DNA of 64,000 nt from contig PRCZ01000002.1 in NCBI GenBank assembly GCA_009903405.1, positions 912 through 64,911 of the forward strand. The letters are read 5' to 3'. This DNA is from Candidatus Methanophaga sp. AG-394-G06. Lineage in GTDB: Archaea; Halobacteriota; Syntropharchaeia; Alkanophagales; Methanospirareceae. The notes beneath the pieces were generated by a model. It saw only the letters and a list, made by a program, of their open reading frames with translations. It was not told where the DNA came from and did no database searches. Shown here in pieces: positions 39,643 to 48,135 of the stretch; the first letter of the stretch is position 1, and each line of letters begins with the position of its first letter. The position numbers and the translations under genes are program-made.

Positions 39643-39960
39643 TTACTTTCTCAGTTCTTCCAGTCTCTTCTTTATCTGCTCTAACTGGTCCCCAAGCATC
39701 TGTGCCTGCGATTCGAGCATAGAAATCTCCTGCTCTTTCGGCACTGCTGCCATGCCCATTGGTGCAACCGGTGCAACTGCTGGTGCTTGCTGCTGTATCC
39801 AAGAAGCAAACTGCGGCATCTGTCCTGTCTGTGTGAGATACTGTGCACCCGGCGGCATTCCCGTTGGGCTTCTTCCTACCCAACCCGGAGAGTATCCAAA
39901 TCGCATCCAGCCGGGTAAACCAGTCAGATAATACATGTTTCTCCTTCCATATCCACCCAT
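39643..39960 (-). CDS. Low-complexity Gly/Tyr/Trp/Pro/Met-rich protein (105 aa) with a C-terminal coiled-coil tail (copy A)
   Basis: The N-terminus reads MGGYGRRNMYYLTGLPGWMRFGYSPGW and the C-terminus reads EQEISMLESQAQMLGDQLEQIKKRLEELRK. Positions 39640-39942 are 100% identical to 53040-53342. Confidence 0.55.
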   Translation of the reverse strand: MGGYGRRNMYYLTGLPGWMRFGYSPGWVGRSPTGMPPGAQYLTQTGQMPQFASWIQQQAPAVAPVAPMGMAAVPKEQEISMLESQAQMLGDQLEQIKKRLEELRK

Positions 39961-39987
39961 TTTTTTCTTATTGCCTCCTAAATTCTT

Positions 39988-40191
39988 TTACGGTCTTGTC
40001 ATTTTAGATCCGCATTTTGGGCAGGTCTGCTGATAGCATGGTACCCCCGTTGGATGCGGCATTGTATAGCCACAATTTGGGCATCGACATTCTCCGCTGG
40101 GGCCCAATCCGCTGCCACCCATTCTCCCTCGCCCTTGACCTCCTCGTCCTACTCCTTGACCCCTTCCGCCTCCTCTACCCATACCACTCAT
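39988..40191 (-). CDS. RGG-box plus zinc-ribbon miniprotein (67 aa, copy A)
   Basis: The N-terminal box MSGMGRGGGRGQGVGRGGQGRGRMGG is followed by CRCPNCG...CPKCGSK. Confidence 0.55.
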   Translation of the reverse strand: MSGMGRGGGRGQGVGRGGQGRGRMGGSGLGPSGECRCPNCGYTMPHPTGVPCYQQTCPKCGSKMTRP

Positions 40192-40192
40192 C

Positions 40193-40417
40193 TTATCTTA
40201 TCCCCCTCCCATAAGAATAGGGATAGCCATAATATGGCATTGGGTATATCCCTGGAGCTGGAGCTATTGCTCCATACATTCCTGTCCACCACCTTCTGGG
40301 AAGCCACGGGAAATTCCTGCAGCATGGATAAGGGTTGCCCATTCCCATACCTCTTCCTGGTCCAAAACCAGACCAAAAACCTCTTCCAAATCCTCTTCCT
40401 CTTGCCATTTTTTTCAC
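40193..40417 (-). CDS. Arg/Gly/aromatic-rich low-complexity protein (74 aa; present only in copy A)
   Basis: The sequence MKKMARGRGFGRGFWSGFGPGRGMGMGNPYPCC...YPMPYYGYPYSYGRG is wedged between the NifX-like gene and the 67-aa gene. Confidence 0.4.
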   Translation of the reverse strand: MKKMARGRGFGRGFWSGFGPGRGMGMGNPYPCCRNFPWLPRRWWTGMYGAIAPAPGIYPMPYYGYPYSYGRGIR

Positions 40418-41028
40418 CCCCTTTTAAGTTCTTCCATTCTCTTCTTCACTTCTTCCAAATCTTTCGCCAGTCTATTTGCCATGTTCGATAGTTCTTCGAT
40501 TTCTTCTTCTTTCGTTCGAGGCGTTATTGGTGCCTGCGGCGCTTGTGGTTGTGGTTGCGAAGGCACCGTTTGCTGCATGCCAAGTCCCATGCCTCTGCCC
40601 ATGCCTTGCCCTCTACCGCCGCCTCGTCCTCCACCCATGCCAAATCCGCCACCTGGAGCAATAGCACCCATACCTGCATGAGCAGAAACTGTCGAACCCT
40701 CCGTCTCGTTAAGTCCACCGGTTTTATACATTTCAACAGCTTCTTGAACCGTGCCATAGGCGCCAGTTGCAATTTTCACACCCGCCGTGGAAAGCACCTG
40801 AAAGGCATTGGGGCCTATATTCCCTGATATAACTACATTCACCCCTTTATTCACAACGGCTTGTGCTGCTTGAATCCCTGCTCCTCCCGGTGCGGTAATG
40901 GCTTCGTTTGCCATCGCTTCGAACGCCATCGTATCTGAATCAACGAACACAAAGTATTGGCACCTTCCAAACCTCGGGTCTACCTGCGCATTCCGGTCTC
41001 CCGCTGTTGCGGTTACGCATATCTTCAT
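40414..41028 (-). CDS. NifX/NafY-family (dinitrogenase FeMo-cofactor-binding fold) domain protein with a Met/Gly/Arg-rich linker and a coiled-coil tail (copy A)
   Basis: The domain is indicated by MKICVTATAG..VDPRFGRCQYFVFVD...AITAPGGAGIQAAQAVVNKGVNVVISGNIGPNAF. The linker reads GMGGGRGGGRGQGMGRGMGLGM and the tail reads KEEEIEELSNMANRLAKDLEEVKKRMEELKRG. Confidence 0.8.
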   Translation of the reverse strand: MKICVTATAGDRNAQVDPRFGRCQYFVFVDSDTMAFEAMANEAITAPGGAGIQAAQAVVNKGVNVVISGNIGPNAFQVLSTAGVKIATGAYGTVQEAVEMYKTGGLNETEGSTVSAHAGMGAIAPGGGFGMGGGRGGGRGQGMGRGMGLGMQQTVPSQPQPQAPQAPITPRTKEEEIEELSNMANRLAKDLEEVKKRMEELKRG

Positions 41029-41067
41029 CTTTCATCTTCTCCCTTTTTGTTTTTTTTCTTCCACATG

Positions 41068-41081
41068 TGAATATATATTCA
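41068..41081. promoter_or_regulatory. Perfect palindrome TGAATATATATTCA upstream of NifX-like operon A (candidate operator and TATA-overlapping site)
   Basis: The identical 14-mer recurs at 54298-54311 and 54738-54751. Confidence 0.5.
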
Positions 41082-41097
41082 TATGAGTATGTAAATG

Positions 41098-41946
41098 TTA
41101 CTTCTTCTCTTCTTTACCTTCCACAAATGCCTGCACATTTTCCACTATCTGCCCAAATGCGTCTTTTACTTTCGATTCCTTTTGCATGACAAATGGCGTT
41201 CCGCTATCCGCAGCTTCTACCATCTGCGGGTCTAACGGCACTCTTCCAAGAAAAGGCACTCCTAACTCCGCCGCTGCCCTTTCTCCGCCTCCATATTTGA
41301 AGATATTTGTCGCTTTCCCACAGTATGGACACACAAACCCACTCATGTTCTCTATTATCCCTATAACCGGCACCTTCAGCACCCCTGAGAAGTTTACTGC
41401 CTTTCTTGAATCTAACAATGCTAAATCCTGCGGTGTTGTAACAATTATCGCGCCATCTACATTCTTTATCAACTGCGCAACACTGAGTGGCTCGTCGCCC
41501 GTCCCCGGCGGAAGGTCAACAATCATATAGTCCAGCTCACCCCAATCAACATCTGAAAGGAATTGCCTTATCGCATTCATCTTCATCGGTCCTCGCCAGA
41601 TGATCGGGGAATCTCTATCTGGTAACAGAAAACCTATGGACATCGCTTTTAGCCGTGGTGTGACTAAAATAGGCGACATTTTCCCCCCTGATGTCTCTGG
41701 CCGCTTGTCCTCTATCCCCAATATCTTTGGAATATCCGGCCCGTGTATATCAGCATCCATCAAACCCACGTCTAAACCGCTCATAGCGAGAGCAAAAGCA
41801 AGATTTGCTGCTACCGTTGTTTTCCCTACACCCCCTTTTCCACTCATCACCATTACCTTATGCTTTACCTTTCTCATGCTTGTATCAACTGCTTCCGCTT
41901 CTTCTTTCATCCCTCTTTTCCTTTCTTCCTCTTCTCCTTCATCCAT
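41098..41946 (-). CDS. apbC: Mrp/ApbC/NBP35-family Fe-S cluster carrier ATPase
   Basis: The P-loop is [10 protein letters not shown], and the C-terminal CPYCG motif is present. Confidence 0.85.
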   Translation of the reverse strand: MDEGEEEERKRGMKEEAEAVDTSMRKVKHKVMVMSGKGGVGKTTVAANLAFALAMSGLDVGLMDADIHGPDIPKILGIEDKRPETSGGKMSPILVTPRLKAMSIGFLLPDRDSPIIWRGPMKMNAIRQFLSDVDWGELDYMIVDLPPGTGDEPLSVAQLIKNVDGAIIVTTPQDLALLDSRKAVNFSGVLKVPVIGIIENMSGFVCPYCGKATNIFKYGGGERAAAELGVPFLGRVPLDPQMVEAADSGTPFVMQKESKVKDAFGQIVENVQAFVEGKEEKK

Positions 41947-42056
41947 ATTTTATTTATCACCCCTAACAAACCATAAACTCATAAAATTACCGCTTTCTAG
42001 CCTTATAGCTTTCCGTTCAACAAAAGCTTCCGCTATATATTCACACTATTTAGTGA

Positions 42057-42581
42057 TTAATATTCTATCCCTGAAGTTGTGCCACCTATTTTATCCCAAT
42101 AATGCTTGACCTTCTCCATGTGAGTTGCTATATCTGCCATTTCTATTATTCTATCCGCTGGCTCTCTTCCGCTAAGAATGATGTCAGTATGACCTCTTTT
42201 CTTTAACAACTCTAAGACCGCCTCTTCTGTTAAAAGCTCGAATTTTACTGCGTATAATATCTCGTCCAGAACCAAAAGGTCGGTCTCTTTTTCATCTAGC
42301 ACTCTATGAGCGAGTTCCAACCCCTCTTTAGCCTTTTTGAGATGTCTTTTTCGCGATTCTTCGTCCTTTAAAAAACCTGGAGTCCCGCAAAGATGTATCT
42401 GAAGGTTGTCAACACTTTTTAGAAACTGATATTCTCCGGTAGTTGGCCTTCCTTTCATAAACTGCAATATCACTACTCTTTTGTTATGACCCAACGTCCT
42501 TATGGCATGACCGATAGAGGCGGTTGTCTTTCCCTCGCCCTTTCCATAATAGACAATAATTTTTCCCTCAACTGAGTTCAT
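42057..42581 (-). CDS. cobO: Cob(I)yrinic acid a,c-diamide / cob(I)alamin adenosyltransferase (CobO/BtuR family)
   Basis: The P-loop is YGKGEGKTTA and the protein is about 174 aa. Confidence 0.8.
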   Translation of the reverse strand: MNSVEGKIIVYYGKGEGKTTASIGHAIRTLGHNKRVVILQFMKGRPTTGEYQFLKSVDNLQIHLCGTPGFLKDEESRKRHLKKAKEGLELAHRVLDEKETDLLVLDEILYAVKFELLTEEAVLELLKKRGHTDIILSGREPADRIIEMADIATHMEKVKHYWDKIGGTTSGIEY

Positions 42582-42687
42582 AATTATTATTTAAAATCAC
42601 GCTTTATAATTATTGAACAGAACTTTCAGGTCAGTGATAAGTGATTTTAAAAAATAGAAAAGGAGAAATTAAAAAGAAATCTCCTAC

Positions 42688-42933
42688 TTACATTTCCCGT
42701 TCAAAGGCAACCCAGGTTTCCGTTGTTGAGACCTCTCTGCTCTGGTGGAGGAAATCTATTATTACTTCTGAGTCTTCCGCCTCGTAAATCCATACCGCGT
42801 CATACCTGCCCAGTGTATGATACACTTGCAGGAACTTGACGCCGGTGGGCGGATTTTTAAGTAGCTCGTCGCCGAATTTCTTTGCATCTTCCACCATGCC
42901 TGAATTAACCCTCACGCACGTTATAAACAACAT
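42688..42933 (-). CDS. GYD-domain-like small protein
   Basis: The protein is 81 aa and contains HTLGRYDAVWIYEA, matching the conserved G-Y-D signature. Confidence 0.4.
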   Translation of the reverse strand: MLFITCVRVNSGMVEDAKKFGDELLKNPPTGVKFLQVYHTLGRYDAVWIYEAEDSEVIIDFLHQSREVSTTETWVAFEREM

Positions 42934-43211
42934 CTTTTTTTTCGACCTCCCTATATATATCTAACGATTGAAGTATAATAAAGATATGTTCATTTCTACT
43001 TTTTTAATTCTGAAATTGGGATTTGGGATTTTTCAAGACGGAATTTTTGTTTTTAATGAGACAGAATTTCCAAGCTTTGCACCTATCATTGAATCAATGA
43101 GCGCAAAAATTGCCGGCAACCAGATTATATCACTCCGAGACCAAAATATTTTATATCTTTTTAATCTTTTATAAATCAACCATCACATAAATCGAAAGGA
43201 GAGATATTAAA

Positions 43212-44222
43212 ATGAAAGAGGCGATGTTCTATGAGAAGCTGGAAGGGAACGCTGTTAGATGTCACCTATGCCCACATCATTGCAAGATAAACGAATCGAG
43301 GCGAGGGATATGTGGGGTTAGAGAAAACAGGGGTGGTATTCTCTACAGCCTGGTTTATGGAAAGGTAGTTGCGAGAGGGATTGATCCAATAGAGAAGAAG
43401 CCGTTCTTCCATTTCTATCCCGGCTCTGAGGCATACTCGGTTGCTACGGTTGGATGCAATTTCAGATGTAAAAACTGCCAGAACTTCGAAATTTCTCAGA
43501 TGCCTAAAGAAGACAAGAGGCAGATAGTAGGGGAAGATGTATCTCCTGAAGAGATTGTTGCGACAGCTAAGCAATATGGTTGTAGAAGCATCGCATACAC
43601 GTATACCGAACCGACCATCTTTTTCGAGTTTGCTTATGATACTGCCAGACTGGCGCATAAAGAAGGAATATGCAACACCTTTATCTCGAACGGGCATATT
43701 ACAGAGGAGGCTATACGCACTCTCGCCCCTTATTTAGATGCGGTAAATGTAGACCTGAAGGGGCTATCGGAAGACATGTATCGAAAAATTTGCGGTGGGC
43801 ACTTGAAACCTGTCCAGGATGCGATAAAGCTATACAAAAGCCTGGGTGTTTGGGTTGAGGTAACCACGCTGGTTATACCAACGTTGAACGATTCCGAGGA
43901 AGATTTCAGAGGGATTGCCGAATTCATCAAAAGTGTAGGCGTGGACATACCCTGGCATGTCTCACAGTTCTATCCCATGTATAAGCTAACTCATCTCCCT
44001 CCAACACCGGTTAGTACCTTACGTGAAGCGAGGGAAATTGGGCTGGAGGTAGGGTTGAGATACGTGTATGAGGGCAATGTTCCGGGTGAGGGAGGAGAGA
44101 ATACCTACTGCTACCAATGCGGAGAGTTGCTAATCCGGCGCTATGGATTTCAAATCAGGGAGAATAAAATACTAGATTCAAGATGTCCAAGTTGTGGTAC
44201 CAAGATAGATGGGAGATTGTAA
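43212..44222 (+). CDS. amrS: AmmeMemoRadiSam-system radical SAM enzyme (PFL-activase-like)
   Basis: The N-terminal CHLCPHHC and the radical SAM motif CNFRCKNC are present. The N-terminus has the MKEAMFYEKLE...ICGVREN character of this family. Confidence 0.75.
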   Translation: MKEAMFYEKLEGNAVRCHLCPHHCKINESRRGICGVRENRGGILYSLVYGKVVARGIDPIEKKPFFHFYPGSEAYSVATVGCNFRCKNCQNFEISQMPKEDKRQIVGEDVSPEEIVATAKQYGCRSIAYTYTEPTIFFEFAYDTARLAHKEGICNTFISNGHITEEAIRTLAPYLDAVNVDLKGLSEDMYRKICGGHLKPVQDAIKLYKSLGVWVEVTTLVIPTLNDSEEDFRGIAEFIKSVGVDIPWHVSQFYPMYKLTHLPPTPVSTLREAREIGLEVGLRYVYEGNVPGEGGENTYCYQCGELLIRRYGFQIRENKILDSRCPSCGTKIDGRL

Positions 44223-44278
44223 GTTTACGAGAAATAAAAAGCGAAAAGTATTTATACATGGATTTGTAATCTATTAGC

Positions 44279-44449
44279 ATGGTTAAGTGTCCAAAATGTG
44301 GTAGGGAAATAAAGGGATATGAAGAAGGATGGGATTGTTGCCCCTACTGCGGGGCAAAGTTGTTCGTTGATTGCCCTTTCTGCGACCAAAAACTTGAGGA
44401 GATGTGGAGTTACTGCCCCTACTGTGGGAAACCCACGCCGAAAGATTAA
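44279..44449 (+). CDS. Double zinc-ribbon miniprotein (56 aa)
   Basis: The sequence reads MVKCPKCGREI...CCPYCGAKLFVDCPFCDQ...YCPYCGK. It is not in the ORF track, and I prefer it to the antisense 93-aa ORF. Confidence 0.45.
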   Translation: MVKCPKCGREIKGYEEGWDCCPYCGAKLFVDCPFCDQKLEEMWSYCPYCGKPTPKD

Positions 44450-44762
44450 AGTTTTCCCTTTGGGTGACAAATAGTATTCTGGCACATCCTTTCGTTCCTG
44501 GTAAGGAGATAGCGGAGGCTTTAATGTTCCCATATATATTCTCTAAGGTAATGGTCTGGTACAGTAGCTACAATAAATGCTGTTAACACCAGCAGGGTAA
44601 GGAGTGTTATCCTCTGCCAATTCCATGTCTCCGGTCCCGCTATTCCCATCCCTATTCCCAGCAGTGTGATGAAAAGGAAGAACAAAAGGGCGTATCTGGG
44701 TAAAGAAAGCTTAGGAAATTTCTTTAACAGAAGTTAGTTCCTCCATTTAATACCTCTAATAA

Positions 44763-45341
44763 TTATGAATACTTTACTGTATTTCGTCTTGTTCTGTTTT
44801 CTATTAGTTCAATAATTTCGCCCACAACGAGGGAAGCAATAGCAATATAAGGCAGCAGCACGACCACAAATAATACCCCAAAGTAATAGATCATCAGAGG
44901 TAGCAGTGGTATTTTTATAGCCCTGCTGTACAGAAAAGCAGCAATCAAACCGCTTCTCATCCCCCTGTCTCGAAGATCTTTCAATAAAGGATACCAGACA
45001 TAAATAGGTCCATGGCTAAGTATTCCAGTGGATATAGCTAAGGACCATCCTTTTATTCCGGACCCTTTTCCAACGTACTTTGATACGGTTTTTGGATGTA
45101 AGAAATAATCTAGAAGCGCCATAAAAAGGATAACGAGCAATAACACAGGAATTATCTGAATAATTATGTTTCCGCTCACTTTTAGTGAGTTACATGTACC
45201 TTCCGGGTCAAAGAAAAAGAGAAGGAGATATAGAAAAATAACAGAACCCAAAAAATAGTAATCATAGTGTTTATCCCACTTCCTCTTCGCCGCTTCTCCT
45301 TTGTTTCCTACTTTATTTTCGGTATCTCCCATGACCTTCAT
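44763..45341 (-). CDS. Putative permease, C-terminal half (COG0701/DUF318-like, encoded as two ORFs)
   Basis: The protein is a polytopic membrane protein. It overlaps the upstream half by 4 nt. Confidence 0.45.
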   Translation of the reverse strand: MKVMGDTENKVGNKGEAAKRKWDKHYDYYFLGSVIFLYLLLFFFDPEGTCNSLKVSGNIIIQIIPVLLLVILFMALLDYFLHPKTVSKYVGKGSGIKGWSLAISTGILSHGPIYVWYPLLKDLRDRGMRSGLIAAFLYSRAIKIPLLPLMIYYFGVLFVVVLLPYIAIASLVVGEIIELIENRTRRNTVKYS

Positions 45342-45799
45342 TGGACCACCATCAATGTCGTAACAGTTGCTATGGACACTAAGATAGCGAGAATGAACCC
45401 CAGCGAGTTTCTAATAACTGCGAATCGTTTGCCGAGAAAGGCCGCTTCAGCAGGAAATTGAACTATACTAACCGTTACCCATGTCACTATGAATGCAGTT
45501 ATCGCAAAGAGGCTCACACCCTCTTTCATGAGCTCCCCACCTATTATATAGCTGGTGATAGGATTACCTGCGGCGATACTTCCAATTGCAGAGCCAATTA
45601 CAGTATCACGAAACAATTCCCCTGTAAATACAGATGCAATAAACTGTTTTGATACACATGTTAGGAAAAGTCCCAAAAGCAGGACAACCCCAAGCAACGT
45701 TGGAAGAGCAGCCCCTAAACTTTTGAATGCACGATAAAAAGACCTGACAATACTTTTGGGTTTTTCATTGTCTATACCCGTTGGTTTAGGATTAGTCAT
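45338..45799 (-). CDS. Putative permease, N-terminal half (COG0701/DUF318-like)
   Basis: The sequences GSAIGSIAAGNPITSYIIGGELMKEG and QFPAEAAFLGKRF are present. The gene overlaps the radical SAM start by 8 nt. Confidence 0.45.
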   Translation of the reverse strand: MTNPKPTGIDNEKPKSIVRSFYRAFKSLGAALPTLLGVVLLLGLFLTCVSKQFIASVFTGELFRDTVIGSAIGSIAAGNPITSYIIGGELMKEGVSLFAITAFIVTWVTVSIVQFPAEAAFLGKRFAVIRNSLGFILAILVSIATVTTLMVVQ

Positions 45800-46784
45800 G
45801 CCCTCTCTTTTCCTCCATTGTAAGCCAGAAGACTTTCTCCTGGTATTTCAACTTCTTTATTTTTCCGCTTTTCTCCAGCCGTTTTATACTATCGCGAATA
45901 TTATATTTCTTTGGTAAAGCTTTCTTTTTGAAAGAAAGGTTTCTTAGCGTGTCTATAACCTGCCCCTCTCTCATTGGGTGCCGTCTTATTATTGCTAAAA
46001 TAGCATCTTCTGGGTTTGTGAATCCCTCAGTGGAAAATTCTCCAGTCTCCTCTTCGGTAATATCCACTACATTAGCATCATTAAGAATCGCATGTGCTAA
46101 TGTGATGGCGTCTTTATCAGGCGGTACAGCCCAAGGTTCCGCAGGTGGTCTTATCGGTACATTTATATACGTTCGATTGGGCTCTATCTTCTCAAGCCTG
46201 CTTTTTAGTGCTTTTAATTCTCTTTCTGTGTCATTTAGCCCCTTTACCAGCATGACTTCTACCCATATCTCACCGTTATAATCTCGCCTGAATCGTTCCA
46301 AACCTTCGACAACCGCCTTAAAATCAAGCCCGCGATGCGGCCTGTTTATCTTTCTGTATGTTTCGACAGTGCCGGCATCGAGGGAGGGCATAACAATATC
46401 TGCTTGTGAAAGGTCGTTTCTTACATCTTCTCTGTAAAGCAGGGACCCGTTTGTATCAACAGCTATGGGTATATCTGCTATTTCCTTAGTCTTCCTGATT
46501 AGCCAACCAAGGCTTTTACATAAAGTCGGTTCGCCTTCGCCTACGAAGGTCACAAAATCTATTTCGCGGTGGCTACTTTCTGCTTCTATTACTCTTCTGA
46601 TTTCGTTCAGCAACTCTTCTGGTGGAAAGAAGTCTTTACGCTGATTTGTCATGTGCGTTGTCCTGCCAAGCTGGCAGTAGACACAGGAATAGTTACAGGT
46701 TTTGAATGGGATTGGGTTAACGCCTAAAGAGCGACCAAGACGCCGTGATGGAACTGGTCCATAGACCATTTTCAGTTTATACAT
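45792..46784 (-). CDS. Radical SAM protein (COG0731-like) with a C-terminal extension of about 90 aa
   Basis: The N-terminus is GPVPSRRLGRSLGVN and the Cx3Cx2C motif is CNYSCVYC. Confidence 0.75.
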   Translation of the reverse strand: MYKLKMVYGPVPSRRLGRSLGVNPIPFKTCNYSCVYCQLGRTTHMTNQRKDFFPPEELLNEIRRVIEAESSHREIDFVTFVGEGEPTLCKSLGWLIRKTKEIADIPIAVDTNGSLLYREDVRNDLSQADIVMPSLDAGTVETYRKINRPHRGLDFKAVVEGLERFRRDYNGEIWVEVMLVKGLNDTERELKALKSRLEKIEPNRTYINVPIRPPAEPWAVPPDKDAITLAHAILNDANVVDITEEETGEFSTEGFTNPEDAILAIIRRHPMREGQVIDTLRNLSFKKKALPKKYNIRDSIKRLEKSGKIKKLKYQEKVFWLTMEEKRGHD

Positions 46785-46865
46785 CTATGTACTATTAGAT
46801 GTCACATCATAGTAAACTTTAGCCGCCCTAAAAAAGCAAAATAATCTTATAGAAGCCCCATCCAT

Positions 46866-47349
46866 GTCACGCCCGGAATGAAATAGTGCCAAATGGCCAG
46901 TACTTCAGCATTGGCTGATAAATATAATCAAAACAGAGGTACTGGAAAATGAAAAGGAAGCAGGAAAAAGAGCGATATTATAGACTGCCCTTTAAGACAC
47001 TGGACCGGCAGTTCCAACAAGAAGCGATTGAAGGTTTGAGCTGTTCACCACTGGAGGCAAAAGCACTTACCGAGATTGTTAAAGAAGATTTTTTTAGAGA
47101 AAAAAGATCCGGTACAGGTAGCAAGAGAGACAGATCACAGTCCAGAAGCAGAGGGGAAGTATTGCCAGCAGTTTAATAAAGTGAAGTGGTGTGTGGAAAA
47201 TGAGATGGGTAAGGATGAGATAAGGATTGTTACCGGAATGAAAGCACATTTAATAGATGAATACCTAAAGATTATGGAGGAGCATAAAACAGCCCTTCCT
47301 CCTTAAGGGGTACTGGCCAAATGGCACAACATAAATTCCGGGGCATCCC
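46866..47349. mobile_element. MITE-like element of about 480 bp bounded by imperfect 40-bp inverted repeats
   Basis: The left end reads cccggaatgaaatagtgccaaatggccagtac. The right end reads gtactggccaaatggcacaacataaattccggg. The interior contains a small frameshifted ORF. Confidence 0.4.
46949..47306 (+). pseudogene. Small ORF inside the inverted-repeat element, split across two overlapping frames (46949-47176 and 47076-47306)
   Basis: The T7 and A6 homopolymers at about 47090-47105 are plausible slippage sites. The product is unrecognised. Confidence 0.3.
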
Positions 47350-47370
47350 TTTGTATATGCCCTCGGTTTC

Positions 47371-48129
47371 TTATTTTCTTTCGTTTATTATTTTTGGACA
47401 AACATCTTTAATAGGACATTCATCACACTTTGGATCAGTAGGACGACACCATCCCTTTTCCATTCCTATATCCCATATTGGAAAATCCAATTCACCGGGA
47501 TCCTCGGGATTTAATTCTCTTGCACTTTGAAGTATCGTATTTTTATCATCTGTTTTCGCTAAACCCGTTCTTAAAAAGACCCGTTTAACATGTATATCAA
47601 ATGAAATGTTACTTTCACTTTTATCGCCTACTCCCTTCCTTAAAACACGAATAAGTATATTCGTTGCCATTGATGCTTTTTTCTGCCCGATACCTTTGAA
47701 TAATTCAAATCTCCGTTGCAAATCAGCATATCCAGGGTTACCATTCCAAATGTTTGCTGCGTTTCCCTCATATCTATCTATTAACATTTTACACGCATCT
47801 TTTATATATGCTGCATACTTATTGGGAAATCGGTGCAGTTTTGGTGCTTCATTAAAAATGACTTTTAGTTCATCGTCTTTCATTTCAGAAATCTTTTTAA
47901 CATCGAGATGTCCAAGTCTCTGTTTCAAAATAAAAGGTTTTTCCCACGCCTGTTCCGCAGTTATACTTTGATCAAATATCACACCGAAAAGAAATGCATT
48001 TGGGTCATCTACCAGCAATTTATTTACCTCGGGATTCAGCGTTGGTTCAAATTTTGTCACTTTCAACGTCCGACCGTATTCGAGGATCTTATTTACTACT
48101 TTTTGTTTTTCTTCCATAGTCTGTATCAC
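47371..48129 (-). CDS. HhH-GPD-superfamily DNA glycosylase (endonuclease III-like) with a C-terminal [4Fe-4S] cluster loop
   Basis: The HhH motif is GIGQKKASMATNIL. The Cys loop is WCRPTDPKCDECPIKDVCPK (Cx6Cx2Cx5C). Confidence 0.6.
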   Translation of the reverse strand: MIQTMEEKQKVVNKILEYGRTLKVTKFEPTLNPEVNKLLVDDPNAFLFGVIFDQSITAEQAWEKPFILKQRLGHLDVKKISEMKDDELKVIFNEAPKLHRFPNKYAAYIKDACKMLIDRYEGNAANIWNGNPGYADLQRRFELFKGIGQKKASMATNILIRVLRKGVGDKSESNISFDIHVKRVFLRTGLAKTDDKNTILQSARELNPEDPGELDFPIWDIGMEKGWCRPTDPKCDECPIKDVCPKIINERK

Positions 48130-48135
48130 TAACTA

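Noticed and set aside
39626-39883. Alternative 85-aa ORF (MGRKKPNGNAAG...) overlapping the 105-aa gene in another frame, duplicated at 53015-53284
   Set aside because: The 105-aa frame ends in the coiled-coil tail shared with the NifX-like proteins and ferredoxin and has a start context. The 85-aa frame looks like a by-product of the repetitive GC-rich template.
41068-41081. The palindrome as merely a TATA box
   Set aside because: A separate TATA-like element lies 6-7 nt further upstream in both operons. A 14-bp perfect dyad recurring exactly three times is more consistent with a dimeric regulator site, although AATATATATT could also contribute to TBP binding.
44252-44533. 93-aa ORF on the minus strand from the ORF track
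   Set aside because: The plus-strand frame encodes a clean 56-aa double zinc ribbon with four CxxC pairs. The minus-strand ORF has no features and is probably its antisense shadow.
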